From a virus, in the IMG/VR virus record IMGVR_UViG_3300042445_001170, positions 32,001-96,000 of that record: DNA of 64,000 bases. The stretch is one strand, 5' to 3'. The notes under the pieces are model-generated. The model was not told the DNA's origin. It did not search any database and was given only the letters and a program-made list of their open reading frames with translations. Every line of letters starts with the position of its first letter. The first letter of the stretch is position 1. Both the position numbers and the translations under genes were made by a program. Shown here in pieces: positions 24,327 through 35,100 of the stretch.

Positions 24327-24852
24327 CTGACTCGTGAATCAGAACGCTCTCAACAATACCTGTTATTTGAGATAATCTTTTTGCAACATCTAGTTTGCAT
24401 TTAGGGCACCCAGCAGTCACTTCTTTTAGGATTCCAACAAGGATGTCTTGCTTCCTTTCAGTTTCGGCAATTTGAGATGCAATCTGAGTATTCTCAAGAA
24501 CTCCGACTGACTGTAGCATTGCTATTCTTTTTGTTTCAATGTCTGCAATTAATTTAAGGGCGCCAGCCTTTACACTAAGCTGTCCCTGTGTATCAGCATC
24601 TTCTACTGTTTTCCAGGCTTCTTTAATTAACATTGCATAATGCTCATCCGCACCAGATATTGCCTCTCTTGCACGGTCTCTTAAGTTGGTATCATTATGG
24701 ACCACGGACTTCCATTCATCAACATACTCAAGAACCTCTTTTCTAGAGAATCCAGTAAGTGTTGCTATTTGTGTTGCCGAGTTACCCTTTAATAATTCCT
24801 GAACAACCTTGTTCATTCTGTCAAAGTGTACGGCAGGCTCTAATTCGCTCAT
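24316..24852 (-). CDS. HTH protein, probable terminase small subunit
   Basis: N-terminal HTH, helical oligomerisation region, position upstream of terL. Confidence 0.6.
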   Translation of the reverse strand: MSELEPAVHFDRMNKVVQELLKGNSATQIATLTGFSRKEVLEYVDEWKSVVHNDTNLRDRAREAISGADEHYAMLIKEAWKTVEDADTQGQLSVKAGALKLIADIETKRIAMLQSVGVLENTQIASQIAETERKQDILVGILKEVTAGCPKCKLDVAKRLSQITGIVESVLIHESDAV

Positions 24853-24879
24853 ATATAAATTATACCATGTTTTAGTTGA

Positions 24880-25206
24880 CTAAGACTTATTGGCAATTTT
24901 AAGAAGAATCAGATACCCAATTAAATCATCTATGTCATTATCTCCTGGAAAAGCTTGATCATTTTGAATCCTATTTAGCTTATCATCAATACGAACTCTA
25001 ATCTGCTCTGTTGAATCCGCCTTTGAAAATATACGGATTGGATCAAGAGCAGAGTTGCCATAGGACACATTTTTTTTAATTAGCATTTCTGCCATCTCTA
25101 AGCACTCTACAATTATCTTATGTCCAGAAGGAGCATCTGTTGCTATTAGCTGTAGGTCTGTTATCCAAGCCTGGTATCCGCCAGCCTTGTTTGGATAATC
25201 TGTCAT
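24880..25206 (-). CDS. nucleotide-modification-associated domain (DUF1599/Nmad1-like) protein
   Basis: KKN..YG....R..DK..R......DL.GY. Confidence 0.7.
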   Translation of the reverse strand: MTDYPNKAGGYQAWITDLQLIATDAPSGHKIIVECLEMAEMLIKKNVSYGNSALDPIRIFSKADSTEQIRVRIDDKLNRIQNDQAFPGDNDIDDLIGYLILLKIANKS

Positions 25207-25207
25207 T

Positions 25208-25741
25208 TTATTCCTTTGGCTTTAATACTGCAATGAACTGCTCATTATTGTTTAGATCAGTATTTGTAGTTAGTATGTCAATGATAAAATATCTTTCGAG
25301 AATTGTCAAGATGTCTTTATTTCCATCATCCATGAGTCTGCGTCCGTGAACCACAAATCTGTTTGACATATTAACAATATCTTCTAGGTATGGAACTAGG
25401 TACTCTTCTTCAATATGGTCTAGTACAGAAAGAGCAAGTATCGCATCAAACTTTTTTGTCTTTAAGCTATCCCAGTCAGATGTGTATTTTACCCTAGATT
25501 TATCAAATAGTCCATCAAAGTTGTCTACAAGATCTACAACATTGGGTATATCGTATGCTGTTACATGGTTGAATGTCTGAAGAATAGAGTCTAGGTTTCT
25601 TCCAACTCCCGCACCAAATTCAAGAGCAGATTTTCCTTCTCTCATTGCATCAATAACTTCATTGTATACAGAGGTTTTGTTTAGCTCAGTAAAATAATCT
25701 ATGCCATTTTGCCCAACAAGAGCATCCCAAAAATCTTTCAT
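25208..25741 (-). CDS. class I SAM-dependent methyltransferase
   Basis: ALEFGAGVGRN, FDAI....VL.HI. Confidence 0.8.
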   Translation of the reverse strand: MKDFWDALVGQNGIDYFTELNKTSVYNEVIDAMREGKSALEFGAGVGRNLDSILQTFNHVTAYDIPNVVDLVDNFDGLFDKSRVKYTSDWDSLKTKKFDAILALSVLDHIEEEYLVPYLEDIVNMSNRFVVHGRRLMDDGNKDILTILERYFIIDILTTNTDLNNNEQFIAVLKPKE

Positions 25742-25884
25742 TTTTTTCTAACCAACCCGAATTCCTGTAAATATCTCTGTATAGTCATAGCAGAGACCCC
25801 GCATTCTTTTCCTATTTCAGTAACAGTTTTCTTTTGAACAATATATTTTCTATACAGCCAATCTTTACTTTGATATAATTTCAT
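25738..25884 (-). CDS. 48-aa HTH DNA-binding microprotein
   Basis: MKLYQSKDWLYRKY...TEIGKECGVSAMTIQRYL; ATGA overlaps at both ends. Confidence 0.8.
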   Translation of the reverse strand: MKLYQSKDWLYRKYIVQKKTVTEIGKECGVSAMTIQRYLQEFGLVRKK

Positions 25885-26447
25885 CTTTTTGTAAGCACCT
25901 GGTTGCTGTAGTGTGCTATGCCAAAACTATCTGCAACATCAAAATCTGAAATCTGTAGGGAATACTTTTTATTAAAGTAGTCTACAGTTCTTTGCTTACG
26001 CATATTCCTTAATTGATTCTTGTACCATGAGTCTGCATACCCTGGGTTTGCCAACCTTATTGCAGACTTTTCATCTTTTGTAGGATTTTTGTTGCCAATG
26101 TAGGCCTGCCATGCGGATGGGCTAATGGTGATAACCTTAGCGCCAGTAGACATTAGCTCAGCAATAACAACTCCATAGACATATGATAATTTTATCACAG
26201 CATCAGGTGATCTGACAAGTATGGCACCTTCAACTACTATATAATCACTCTTAAGCTCATCTAACATCATTGCCATTTTATTTTTTGCATCGTAAATTTT
26301 TTCATATATGTCTTCACCGACTAGGTTGATCTTACCCCACTTAAGAGGTACATCGCCTTCCATTAAACAAAAGGCTATAGAGTTTGTTGAAGCATCTATG
26401 CCCAAAACCCTATTTGCTTTTGTTTTTACAAGGCTAGCTAATTTCAT
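25881..26447 (-). CDS. RuvC-like Holliday junction resolvase
   Basis: VLGIDAST, VVEG, D.AD. Confidence 0.85.
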   Translation of the reverse strand: MKLASLVKTKANRVLGIDASTNSIAFCLMEGDVPLKWGKINLVGEDIYEKIYDAKNKMAMMLDELKSDYIVVEGAILVRSPDAVIKLSYVYGVVIAELMSTGAKVITISPSAWQAYIGNKNPTKDEKSAIRLANPGYADSWYKNQLRNMRKQRTVDYFNKKYSLQISDFDVADSFGIAHYSNQVLTKR

Positions 26448-26712
26448 CGAGGATGTCCTGCAATAACTTTCTGGCCTTGGAGTTAGTCTCTTTTAGACAT
26501 GAAGAGCAAATGTCGTCTGAATTATATCTGCTTAGCTGCGATTTACATTTTTTGCAAAGTCTTACTGCGCCCTTTTTGATAGCCTTTTTCTCATAATACT
26601 TTTGCATAATTCTTTTATTAGTTGCAACTCGGCAACATTCGTCAGAACAATACTTTTGATTATGTGTTTTTGAATCAAACTCTTTGGCACATTCGGTATT
26701 AGCGCAAATCAT
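26434..26712 (-). CDS. Cys-rich zinc-binding protein
   Basis: C...C...YCS..C...CKKC...CSSC. Confidence 0.75.
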   Translation of the reverse strand: MICANTECAKEFDSKTHNQKYCSDECCRVATNKRIMQKYYEKKAIKKGAVRLCKKCKSQLSRYNSDDICSSCLKETNSKARKLLQDILDEIS

Positions 26713-27500
26713 ATTTTGGGCACCTTATATAAATCTATTTCAACTGTACCGACTGGACCAGACTTGTCATAGCAAGCTTTTTTAACTGGGCAATACGTGC
26801 AAGGCATCTTAGACTTTGTAGATCCTGCTGGCCTTACTGGAAGTTCTCCATTTTTAAAGTTATCCCAGACTTGCTCCATCCATGCGAAAGCTTCTTCAAT
26901 TATTGCCTTGTTCTTTTCATTCATTGAAATTGGAATAATTAATATCTCTTGGGTGTTCTTGTTTTCATATAGAAAGAACCCCTCTTTAGCATTCTTTAGC
27001 TTCATATAGGTTAACAGCTGAAGCATGTGGTTAGCTGATGACTTCATCTCCGACTGTCTGGTATCCCAAACCTCTTGCTTTGCCGTTTTAATTTCACCAA
27101 TTACAGTTTCGCCATCATACTCCATAATTAGATCGATAAACCCTCTGATAGGTGGATATTCGTTAACAATCTCTTCTTCCTCAGCTTTCCACTCAGGCAT
27201 TGTGCTGATGAGCTTCTGGAGTCTTTCGTGGGCCTGTGTGCCTTGAGCCATGTTTGCAACTGCTACGGCGTCATTATCATCAATAAATACAGCACCAGAA
27301 AAAGCCATGTACCAATATCTTGGGCATGTGCCATGACCGTATCCAAGGGAGCTTGGGCTAAATGACTTCTTGGTCATCTCTCCATCTGCTCTTTTGGTAT
27401 TGCGATAAGACTCATCAAGTAATGCAGCAAATTTTTCTGGGTCGAAGAATTTTCCAGTGTGCTTTTTAAACTTAAGGTTCTTTACAATATCTCTAGCCAT
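26709..27500 (-). CDS. Cas4-like PD-(D/E)xK exonuclease
   Basis: CPR, G...H, G.ID, EIKT, Q...Y, C..CP....C. Confidence 0.85.
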   Translation of the reverse strand: MARDIVKNLKFKKHTGKFFDPEKFAALLDESYRNTKRADGEMTKKSFSPSSLGYGHGTCPRYWYMAFSGAVFIDDNDAVAVANMAQGTQAHERLQKLISTMPEWKAEEEEIVNEYPPIRGFIDLIMEYDGETVIGEIKTAKQEVWDTRQSEMKSSANHMLQLLTYMKLKNAKEGFFLYENKNTQEILIIPISMNEKNKAIIEEAFAWMEQVWDNFKNGELPVRPAGSTKSKMPCTYCPVKKACYDKSGPVGTVEIDLYKVPKI

Positions 27501-27839
27501 TTATGAGTTATACCTAACGACATACTTAAGTGCATCTACAAGTTTGTCTATGGACTCCTTTACTGAGTAATATACATTTTTCTTATTGTTATTTACGGTT
27601 CCTGCTTTGTCCTTAGCAATTGTTGAATATACTGAAGACATCACTGCAAACTTAGTAGACATAGCCTGAAGCTCCATTATAAGCATTGGGGCCTTTGCTG
27701 ATGGTACATCTGGAGTCATTAGTAGCTTAACAACAATAGCAAGTGCCTTATCAAGATGCTCATCTTGCATATATTCATGCAGATCATTGAACTCAGTGAT
27801 ATCACTAATTAGTTGAAGTGTATTTTTATCTTCCGCCAT
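27501..27839 (-). CDS. conserved hypothetical protein (start ATG 27839)
   Basis: Helical; core replication-region gene. Confidence 0.7.
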   Translation of the reverse strand: MAEDKNTLQLISDITEFNDLHEYMQDEHLDKALAIVVKLLMTPDVPSAKAPMLIMELQAMSTKFAVMSSVYSTIAKDKAGTVNNNKKNVYYSVKESIDKLVDALKYVVRYNS

Positions 27840-27930
27840 CTTTAATCCTTTTGTCCCACTTGTCAATGAATAGCCCAATTGGGTACCCTAATGTAAATCC
27901 TACCATTAATCCTAAAAGAAAGATAGTCAT
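27826..27930 (-). CDS. 34-aa single-TM microprotein
   Basis: MTIFLLGLMVGFTLGYPIGLFID...; ATGA overlap. Confidence 0.55.
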   Translation of the reverse strand: MTIFLLGLMVGFTLGYPIGLFIDKWDKRIKDGGR

Positions 27931-28898
27931 CTTAATCTTCCGTCAACATATATATGATTTTCTTTTGCAACTTCAACTTTAATTGAAGGGTTTACATCTT
28001 GCCACACGGTTCCTTCAATACGAACTTCACGGTCATATATTCCAGTAGAAACCTTTGCCTGCACATCTTCATCTACTAAACGCAGCCATTCTTCTTCACC
28101 ATACTTGGCAATACCATCTGCCCATTCTTGTGATCCTGGGTAGTCCCACTGTGCAAAAACTCTTACAAAAACTTTTTTGTTTCCTTCGGTTACTGCTTTT
28201 GCTGAATGGAAATATGGTATTCCTGATGGGAATACTGTGACGTCGCCTACACCTGGCTTATATGTAACAACATTTGGGATCTCATCAATTTCATTTAAGA
28301 ATTCCACTTCTCCACCAGTATAGTCATCATTCACGTATATCGTGATTGTGATAATCTGCTGGGCTCTTGGCTGACCAACTCTGTGCTTATGTGCGTCAGT
28401 GTGAAACGTAATTGCAAGATTTTTCTCTGCATGTATGTCGTGCTTTAAAACCTCAATGACTGAGTAGTGCATTCTTGTTGAGCCAGGTCCATTAAGCTCC
28501 CAATTATCAATATACTCTGGCCAGTATCCAGACTCTGACCACTCATTAATATAGTCATCAAAAACTATTTTAAATATAGAATACAGCTTTTCTCTGAAGT
28601 CATATAGAAACTTAATGTTTTCATCTTCAATTACATTTGGTCTATGCTTAAAATTAAAAAATGTCTTTTTGCCAAATGTATGCCATGGGACCCATTTATT
28701 TATAGGCGAATTATCTCTTTGCTCTATCGGTAGAGTTCCATGATTGTCTCCTCTTGTCGAGTCTTCCTCATGCACAATCTCAAACTCACTAGTATCATTT
28801 TCATATAAGTCCATTAAGTCATAAAACCTCTTTAGCTCATTTTTATCAAAAAGATCTCTATATATAACAACCTGCGGCATAACCTGATATTTATTCAT
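27927..28898 (-). CDS. 2OG-Fe(II) oxygenase
   Basis: HTD...YVNDDYTGGE...FPS..PYFH...V..G.K. Confidence 0.85.
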   Translation of the reverse strand: MNKYQVMPQVVIYRDLFDKNELKRFYDLMDLYENDTSEFEIVHEEDSTRGDNHGTLPIEQRDNSPINKWVPWHTFGKKTFFNFKHRPNVIEDENIKFLYDFREKLYSIFKIVFDDYINEWSESGYWPEYIDNWELNGPGSTRMHYSVIEVLKHDIHAEKNLAITFHTDAHKHRVGQPRAQQIITITIYVNDDYTGGEVEFLNEIDEIPNVVTYKPGVGDVTVFPSGIPYFHSAKAVTEGNKKVFVRVFAQWDYPGSQEWADGIAKYGEEEWLRLVDEDVQAKVSTGIYDREVRIEGTVWQDVNPSIKVEVAKENHIYVDGRLR

Positions 28899-29196
28899 TG
28901 TGTTCCTCCCAGAACTGTATTAACTCTTCTAAAACCGACCACTCTATTATTCCCAGCCTAACCTTAGACTCAGAACCAATAATAATTTTTAGCGCTGGGT
29001 GCATGTCCCTGTTTACCTTAAAGGTATCTGTGCATATCTTTGCCCAGTTATCTTTATTCAAAGTAAAAGAAACGCCAGCTTCTTTATAGTCTACAAGGAA
29101 TTGCTTCCACTGTGCATCACCCTTTTGATAGTCACCTCTACCAGAATTTTTTTGTGCTTTTGCGCCATCTCTTTTAACTTCAGCTCTCTCAGACAT
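28891..29196 (-). CDS. Holliday junction resolvase-like PD-(D/E)xK nuclease
   Basis: E......NSG....KGD......D.KE. Confidence 0.7.
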   Translation of the reverse strand: MSERAEVKRDGAKAQKNSGRGDYQKGDAQWKQFLVDYKEAGVSFTLNKDNWAKICTDTFKVNRDMHPALKIIIGSESKVRLGIIEWSVLEELIQFWEEHNE

Positions 29197-29405
29197 TATC
29201 CAACCGAATACCTTGTCTCATGTCCATCTTTACATTTCCAATACATTTCCATTGTTTGATTATTAAATTGATATGTATCAACATATAAATCACACTTAGA
29301 ACAGGGTCTCATTTGTTCTATAACTTCAACCCTTTCATCAAGAGGCACTGTTTCAATAGTAGATTTGCTTAAAAACTCATCAAGATTTGGCACTGATATC
29401 CTCAA
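29196..29405 (-). CDS. small zinc-ribbon protein
   Basis: CSKC...WKC..GH. Confidence 0.7.
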   Translation of the reverse strand: MRISVPNLDEFLSKSTIETVPLDERVEVIEQMRPCSKCDLYVDTYQFNNQTMEMYWKCKDGHETRYSVG

Positions 29406-30384
29406 TTAGACTGTCAACAACCTCTGGGTTATCACGTAAATATTGAACTGCCTTTGCACGTCCTTGAAGTCTTTCTCCATTAACAGTATACCAAGCGCCG
29501 CCCTTTTCAATTGCTCCGACCATTTCTGCAACATCAAGAGTTTCCCCAACTAAGTCTACTCCTAGTGAGTCTCCTTGGTAGTAGAAATCGTATTGTCCAG
29601 ATAAGTTAGGGGGGCCGAGCTTGTTGTAATCAATAATCCAATTGACTGGTCTGCCAACCCTTTGTTCAATAATTTTGTCACCGACCCTAATGCCAGCTTT
29701 GATAGCATTAGCCTCAGCCTCAGAAGACCAAAGCTTAATGACGGTGGAAGAGAAGAACTTGACTGCCATTCCTCCTGTCGGTATATGGGAGGCATGCATA
29801 GATCCAAACTGATTTCTCTGTTGTGAGATGAGTACCAATAATGTGTTCTTGTTTGCATAGTTTAACATTTTGACTGCGTGAGTCATATCCTTTGCTTCAG
29901 CGCCGATTTGCTTTGTGTCTTGCAAATCTTTCATTTCATTTCCATCTTTTTCAAAATAAATAGCTGGCAAGAGTGCTGAAATAGAATCAACAACAATAAT
30001 ATCTACACCAGCATCCATTAGCTTTGTTGCTACATCGACCATATCGTTAACGGTTTTTGCTGGTGAGTAAATAAGGGAAGAAGAATCTACTCCAAGCATT
30101 TCTGCCCATGACTGATCGTACGATGCCTCTGCATCAATCCACGCACAAGTTTTACCTTCTTTTTGTGCGAGGGCAATCATCTGCAAACAAAATGAAGACT
30201 TTCCTGCAGATTTGTTTCCCCAAACAAGAACTTGTCTACCATAGCCTAATCCACCTTTGAGGGCCATGTTTAAGCCAATGCTAGGTGTCTTTTGCTTTTC
30301 AACTTTTACATCTTGTGCTGCTTTTACTCTTGCTCTTGTTTTTGGATCTAATCCCGCTAGGATGTCATCAATCGCTATAGTCAT
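29380..30384 (-). CDS. recA: RecA/UvsX-like recombinase
   Basis: GNKSAGKS, IDAE, VVDSI, TGG.A.KF. Confidence 0.92.
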   Translation of the reverse strand: MTIAIDDILAGLDPKTRARVKAAQDVKVEKQKTPSIGLNMALKGGLGYGRQVLVWGNKSAGKSSFCLQMIALAQKEGKTCAWIDAEASYDQSWAEMLGVDSSSLIYSPAKTVNDMVDVATKLMDAGVDIIVVDSISALLPAIYFEKDGNEMKDLQDTKQIGAEAKDMTHAVKMLNYANKNTLLVLISQQRNQFGSMHASHIPTGGMAVKFFSSTVIKLWSSEAEANAIKAGIRVGDKIIEQRVGRPVNWIIDYNKLGPPNLSGQYDFYYQGDSLGVDLVGETLDVAEMVGAIEKGGAWYTVNGERLQGRAKAVQYLRDNPEVVDSLIEDISAKS

Positions 30385-30416
30385 TTATTGTCTCTCTCTT
30401 TGATACAATTATATCA

Positions 30417-30806
30417 TTAAAATAAATTGCCGTGAAGCTTTGGTCTAGCCTTATTTTTTTCCATTTTTTTAAACAAAACTTCGTCAAGGCTGTGTTCTAC
30501 GAATCCGCCATTTCTCATTGATGCATAAAGATCAAGAGTTCTAATTAAGATGTCAACCATCTCTTCTACAATTTCTTCCGACCCTTTATTTTTTCTAATA
30601 GCCTCCAGCACCTCTGTTACTTCAGAATGCACTAATGCCAACTTATTCCCAAACACATCAAAGTTTTTTGGTTGATCCCAAAAACCTTTTTCAATTGCAG
30701 TTTCATGAAGCAGCGCAGAAAGAACATCAAGTCCATAATCTGTTGCTAGCTCTATTTCTTTATTCGAAACTTTCAATGAGCTGGTTGTTATTAAACCCTG
30801 ATCCAT
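30417..30806 (-). CDS. MazG-like NTP pyrophosphohydrolase
   Basis: LVHSEVTE..E...EEMVD...N..R. Confidence 0.85.
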   Translation of the reverse strand: MDQGLITTSSLKVSNKEIELATDYGLDVLSALLHETAIEKGFWDQPKNFDVFGNKLALVHSEVTEVLEAIRKNKGSEEIVEEMVDILIRTLDLYASMRNGGFVEHSLDEVLFKKMEKNKARPKLHGNLF

Positions 30807-30993
30807 CTTTATCCTTTAGTTTAAATTTAAAAGATTGACTATCTGAATCGTAATCAACCTGCAACTCCTTATCTTCTGTTGCTGCATCAATAAATGATGC
30901 TGAGGGAATAGATATTTCTTTTTGAACTTCTAAAATTGCCACTAAAATCTTTGAAACATTTAGAGATGCAAAAATATCCTGCTCTTCTGTCAT
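30760..30993 (-). CDS. hypothetical protein, LN(A/V)S family copy 3
   Basis: LNVSKILVAIL. Confidence 0.7.
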   Translation of the reverse strand: MTEEQDIFASLNVSKILVAILEVQKEISIPSASFIDAATEDKELQVDYDSDSQSFKFKLKDKDGSGFNNNQLIESFE

Positions 30994-31418
30994 TTAATTT
31001 CTCCTTGAACTGGCTTAATGCTATGGACGTTCCATGGCCTTCTAATTGAAAAGAAACCCATTGTTTCTCTTTTTTTCTGAGCCTCGATGCCATCTTCATG
31101 GCTGACTAGGTTCATTGAAACTTTATCTGTTTGGGGGTCAAACTTAACAACAACGTGTCCGCCTAGATCTTTGATGTAATCAAAAAAATCTGGGTCGTAT
31201 GGGTTTACTGCTGTGTCATTAGGAGGCAAGTCATACTTATTTAAATGAGTAACCTGATCTCTATCAAAAACAACCTCTCCAAAATTTTGAAATATCAAGG
31301 TTAGCAATGAAGATGCGTTCAGTCTATGAAAGAAATCTTCAACCTCATTGCTTCTTCTTTCGCATTCTTCTCTGCTTACTGTTACTCCGTCATCCATAAA
31401 GACATCATGAGTGTGCAT
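30990..31418 (-). CDS. hypothetical protein, LN(A/V)S family copy 2 (start ATG 31418)
   Basis: RLNASSLLTLIF...DYIKDLGG. Confidence 0.7.
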   Translation of the reverse strand: MHTHDVFMDDGVTVSREECERRSNEVEDFFHRLNASSLLTLIFQNFGEVVFDRDQVTHLNKYDLPPNDTAVNPYDPDFFDYIKDLGGHVVVKFDPQTDKVSMNLVSHEDGIEAQKKRETMGFFSIRRPWNVHSIKPVQGEIK

Positions 31419-31764
31419 ATTGGTTCCACCTAGCTCTCGTACAAACATAACCCATGTCACCTATTTGACCAAGGGTTCTTTCTCCTTCTTCTTTTGACAC
31501 TAACTTTAATTTAAATTTATCTCCATCAACAATAGTTACATTTACGTAACCACCATTTTCTTTAATGTAGTCCATAAATGTATCTACATAAGTTGACTCT
31601 GCATTTAGATCCATTAGATCTTCTGGCTTTTGATACTTTAGAATTCCTTCAAGCTCTGCAATTGGGATCTCTACTGGACCAGCGGTTTTTAAAATTGCAG
31701 TAAGCATGTTAGAGGCATTAAGCCTACCCATTACTTGCTGCAGTAAATTTTGTTCTTCTACCAT
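31405..31764 (-). CDS. hypothetical protein, LN(A/V)S family copy 1
   Basis: RLNASNMLTAIL...DYIKENGG. Confidence 0.7.
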   Translation of the reverse strand: MVEEQNLLQQVMGRLNASNMLTAILKTAGPVEIPIAELEGILKYQKPEDLMDLNAESTYVDTFMDYIKENGGYVNVTIVDGDKFKLKLVSKEEGERTLGQIGDMGYVCTRARWNQYAHS

Positions 31765-32126
31765 TTTTTTATAACACCTTCATCTTGAACCCATTTTTCA
31801 TTTGGATCGTTTCTTATAAAATATTGCAATACATCGTTTGTAATGCAAGCATGACAACTGCACTTATCGCTATGCGAACCAATATGTGGAATTATTCTAG
31901 ATAGCACATCCTTGATTAAAATTTCAGAAGTATATTCATGAAAATTAGTATCCATTCTTCCAGCAAGTACAAATTTTAATGCAGAAATATAACCATCTAA
32001 ATAATGCCATTCTGCTATTTGAGAATCTTCAAGCGGCATGTGATCAAGATAATTCATCTCCATATTTTTTTTATTTTCAATTGCTTTTAATAATTGATCT
32101 TCTATAAAATACTTTGTACTTGTCAT
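31758..32126 (-). CDS. hypothetical protein
   Basis: ATGA coupling to dnaE; H...C.C..C. Confidence 0.65.
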   Translation of the reverse strand: MTSTKYFIEDQLLKAIENKKNMEMNYLDHMPLEDSQIAEWHYLDGYISALKFVLAGRMDTNFHEYTSEILIKDVLSRIIPHIGSHSDKCSCHACITNDVLQYFIRNDPNEKWVQDEGVIKKW

Positions 32127-35100
32127 AGCACTTCCTTAATATTCAAGGTCCCATCATCAAGTTTTGCTAATGTAACCCTGCATTTCATTCCTTCACGCAT
32201 TTTGGCCAATGTCATTTTATACATAGCTGGGAATGCGATGGCTCTAGTTAAATTCTTATCTTTATCTGAGAGAACGATGTGACTCATTTGCTTGCCAGCC
32301 TTTGTTGTGTATGGAGTAAAGTTTACCACAATGTACTCGTCTTCTTCAAGGTCATACTTCTTCCTATACAGGTAGTCTACAAATAGGTCGCTAGAGTCTG
32401 GATTGATATCTGAAACCTTAATATACCTTGCAATTCTATTATCTCCGACAAGAATAAAATACATTTGACCTGTTTCAATCTGTGTCTGCTCTGTATGGAA
32501 TAAGCCTATCGATCCAGTCTCATCTACTAGTTCTACTCTGGCCCACCCATTTCCACGCTTAATAGACTTAACCATTCCAAACATTACAAATGAGCCCAAG
32601 TCATCAAACTCTTCAATTGGTCTCGCCTGAGCTTTAATTCTTGGAGGAATTCCTTCAAGATTAAATGTCGGTATACCTAGGTATTCGTAGTAATTGTCTT
32701 TTTCATTTCCTTGCCTTTTGTTATCAGTAAACGCAGCACCGCCGATGGAGTTAAGAGCAGCAATAGCACGGCTATTAATGCCAGAACCCTTTTTCGATGC
32801 CTTATCAATAAAGTCAGCATAGTCACTGAACGGTCTTCTTTCTATGATCTTGTTTGCAATACTATCTGAAATAAATTTTACTTCAGCTAGACCAAATCTA
32901 ATTGCATTTTCTTGTAATGAAAAATATACCTGAGACTCATTAATGTGTGGTAGCAGCACCTTTAGACCAAGTCTCTTAGACTCAATTAAATATTCTGTTC
33001 TCGCATCTTTATCATTTTCATTTTTAAGAATTGAAAACATGAACTCAAGTGGGTAATAGAACTTAAGCCAAGCAGTATAATAACTAAGCATAGAGTAAGC
33101 AACAGCATGGGAGCGGTTAAAAGAATAACCAGCATGCGCTTCAAAATCATGCCATAGTGCTTCTGCCTTTTTCTTAGTAATGTGTTCTGAAGCCCCAGCA
33201 ATAAACTTATCCTTGAACTGGTCAAATTCTTTTGCATCTTTTTTCTTTCCAATAATCTTGCGGACCTTATCAGCCTCTGCCCAAGTCATACCGCCCAAGT
33301 GTACACATGCCTGCATAACCTGCTCTTGATATATAATAACACCGTATGTGTTCTCGGTAAACGGCTTCATGATTGTATGCATATAGTCTACCGCCTCATT
33401 ACCATTTTTACGATTAATGTAAGCTGCACCGACTGTATTCATTGCTCCAGGACGAACAAGGGCATTGGATGCAGCAAGATCTTCAAACTTGTCTATACCC
33501 ATTTTAATCAAAAGGTTTGTATAAGGCGTTGCTTCTGCCTGGAACACACCCTTTGTATACCCGTCGTTCAACATCTTGTAAACATTGGCATCGTCCAGGG
33601 TCATTTCAGAAAGATTAATTGTCTTTCCATGCCTATCTTTAATAGACCTTATAGTGTCAGAGATCACAGATAAAGTCTTAAGACCTAGTGCATCTAGCTT
33701 AATAAGACCTATATCTGCAACCGTATCCATGTCGTATGCGACGACTGGAATTCTTCCTGAAACTTTATCTTGAGAATCTTCACGAGATTCAACTGGCGCA
33801 AATTTTCTTAAATCATCTTTTGCGACAACCACGCCAGCGGCGTGTACGCCAACTGATCTTATTCTTCCACGAAGCCTGTCGGCAAGCCAAACAACTTCTG
33901 GATAGCGCATTCTAAATTCTTTTGTATTTGGTGAATCAATAAAGTCCTCAAAAGTATCTACGGATTTTAGTGCACGGTTAACTTCTTGCAGAGGAACCAT
34001 GAAAACACGAGAAGCATCTCTAACTACACCCTTGTCTTTAAAGTATGTATATGTTGAAATGGATGCAACGTGCTTAAACTTCTTCTTCAAATAATCTTTA
34101 ACTTCTTTTCTACGGCGGTCTTCAAAGTCGGTATCGATATCTGGAAAGTCGTTGCGCTCTTCATTAATAAATCTAAAGAACAGAAGATCGTATTTAATAG
34201 GGTCAACATCAGTAATTCCTAATGTATAACAAACTAAAGATCCAGCAGCCGAACCACGGCCTGGACCAACCATAATATTATTTTCTTTAGCCCAATTAAT
34301 CATGTCTCCAACAACAAGGAAGTATGAGGCAAAATTTTTCTTGGCAATAATCCCAAGCTCTTCGTTAAGCCTATCGATATAAATAGGGTCTGAAGCCTTC
34401 TGAAGCCTCTCTAAGCCCTTTTCAGCCAACTCCCTTAGTCTTTCATCAGCATCGGTCTTTGGAACTGGCAGGAGGTCTAGGCCCTGATAGAAGTCATATT
34501 CCCCAACCTTATCAGCAATTTCCATTGTATTCTCATAGATGTCTGTTCGATTAATGCCAGCCTTATTAAAGTCTGCTTCTATTTCGGAACGGCTCTGAAT
34601 AAATAAATTCATATCTTGAAATGATATTCTTCTATCAGGATAAAGATAGTTAAATCTATCTAACATATCCTTCATGTTTCTAGACATATCAAAATCCATA
34701 TCCTTATCAGCCTTTGGAGATGTTGATAGGATTAGCAATGCTTCTTCTAGTATTCTATCTTCTTCTTTAGCAAAGTGAGCATCTCCTGTTGCCACCGCCT
34801 TAATTTTAAGTTCATCTGCAAGCCTTAGTAGCGCTGAGTTAATTTCCATAGGGTTATGTGATTGGACTTCCACATAAAAATCATCCCCAAACATTTGCTT
34901 AAAGCTTTTGAGCAAAATCTTAGCCTCATCATCATTGCCCTTTTCAATAGCCTTACTAATAAGACCGTTAAGACATCCACTGAGTACGATAATGCCTTCT
35001 TTATAATCATTAAGAATTTCCCTATCAATACGTGGCTTATGATAAAAACCTTCATTCCAAGCAAGCTCTTGCAAAGCATTAATATTTTCCAACCCCTTTT

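Noticed and set aside
26709-27500. Cas4-like gene as sign of a CRISPR system
   Set aside because: No repeat-spacer array or other cas genes seen; solo Cas4-like nucleases are common in phage recombination modules
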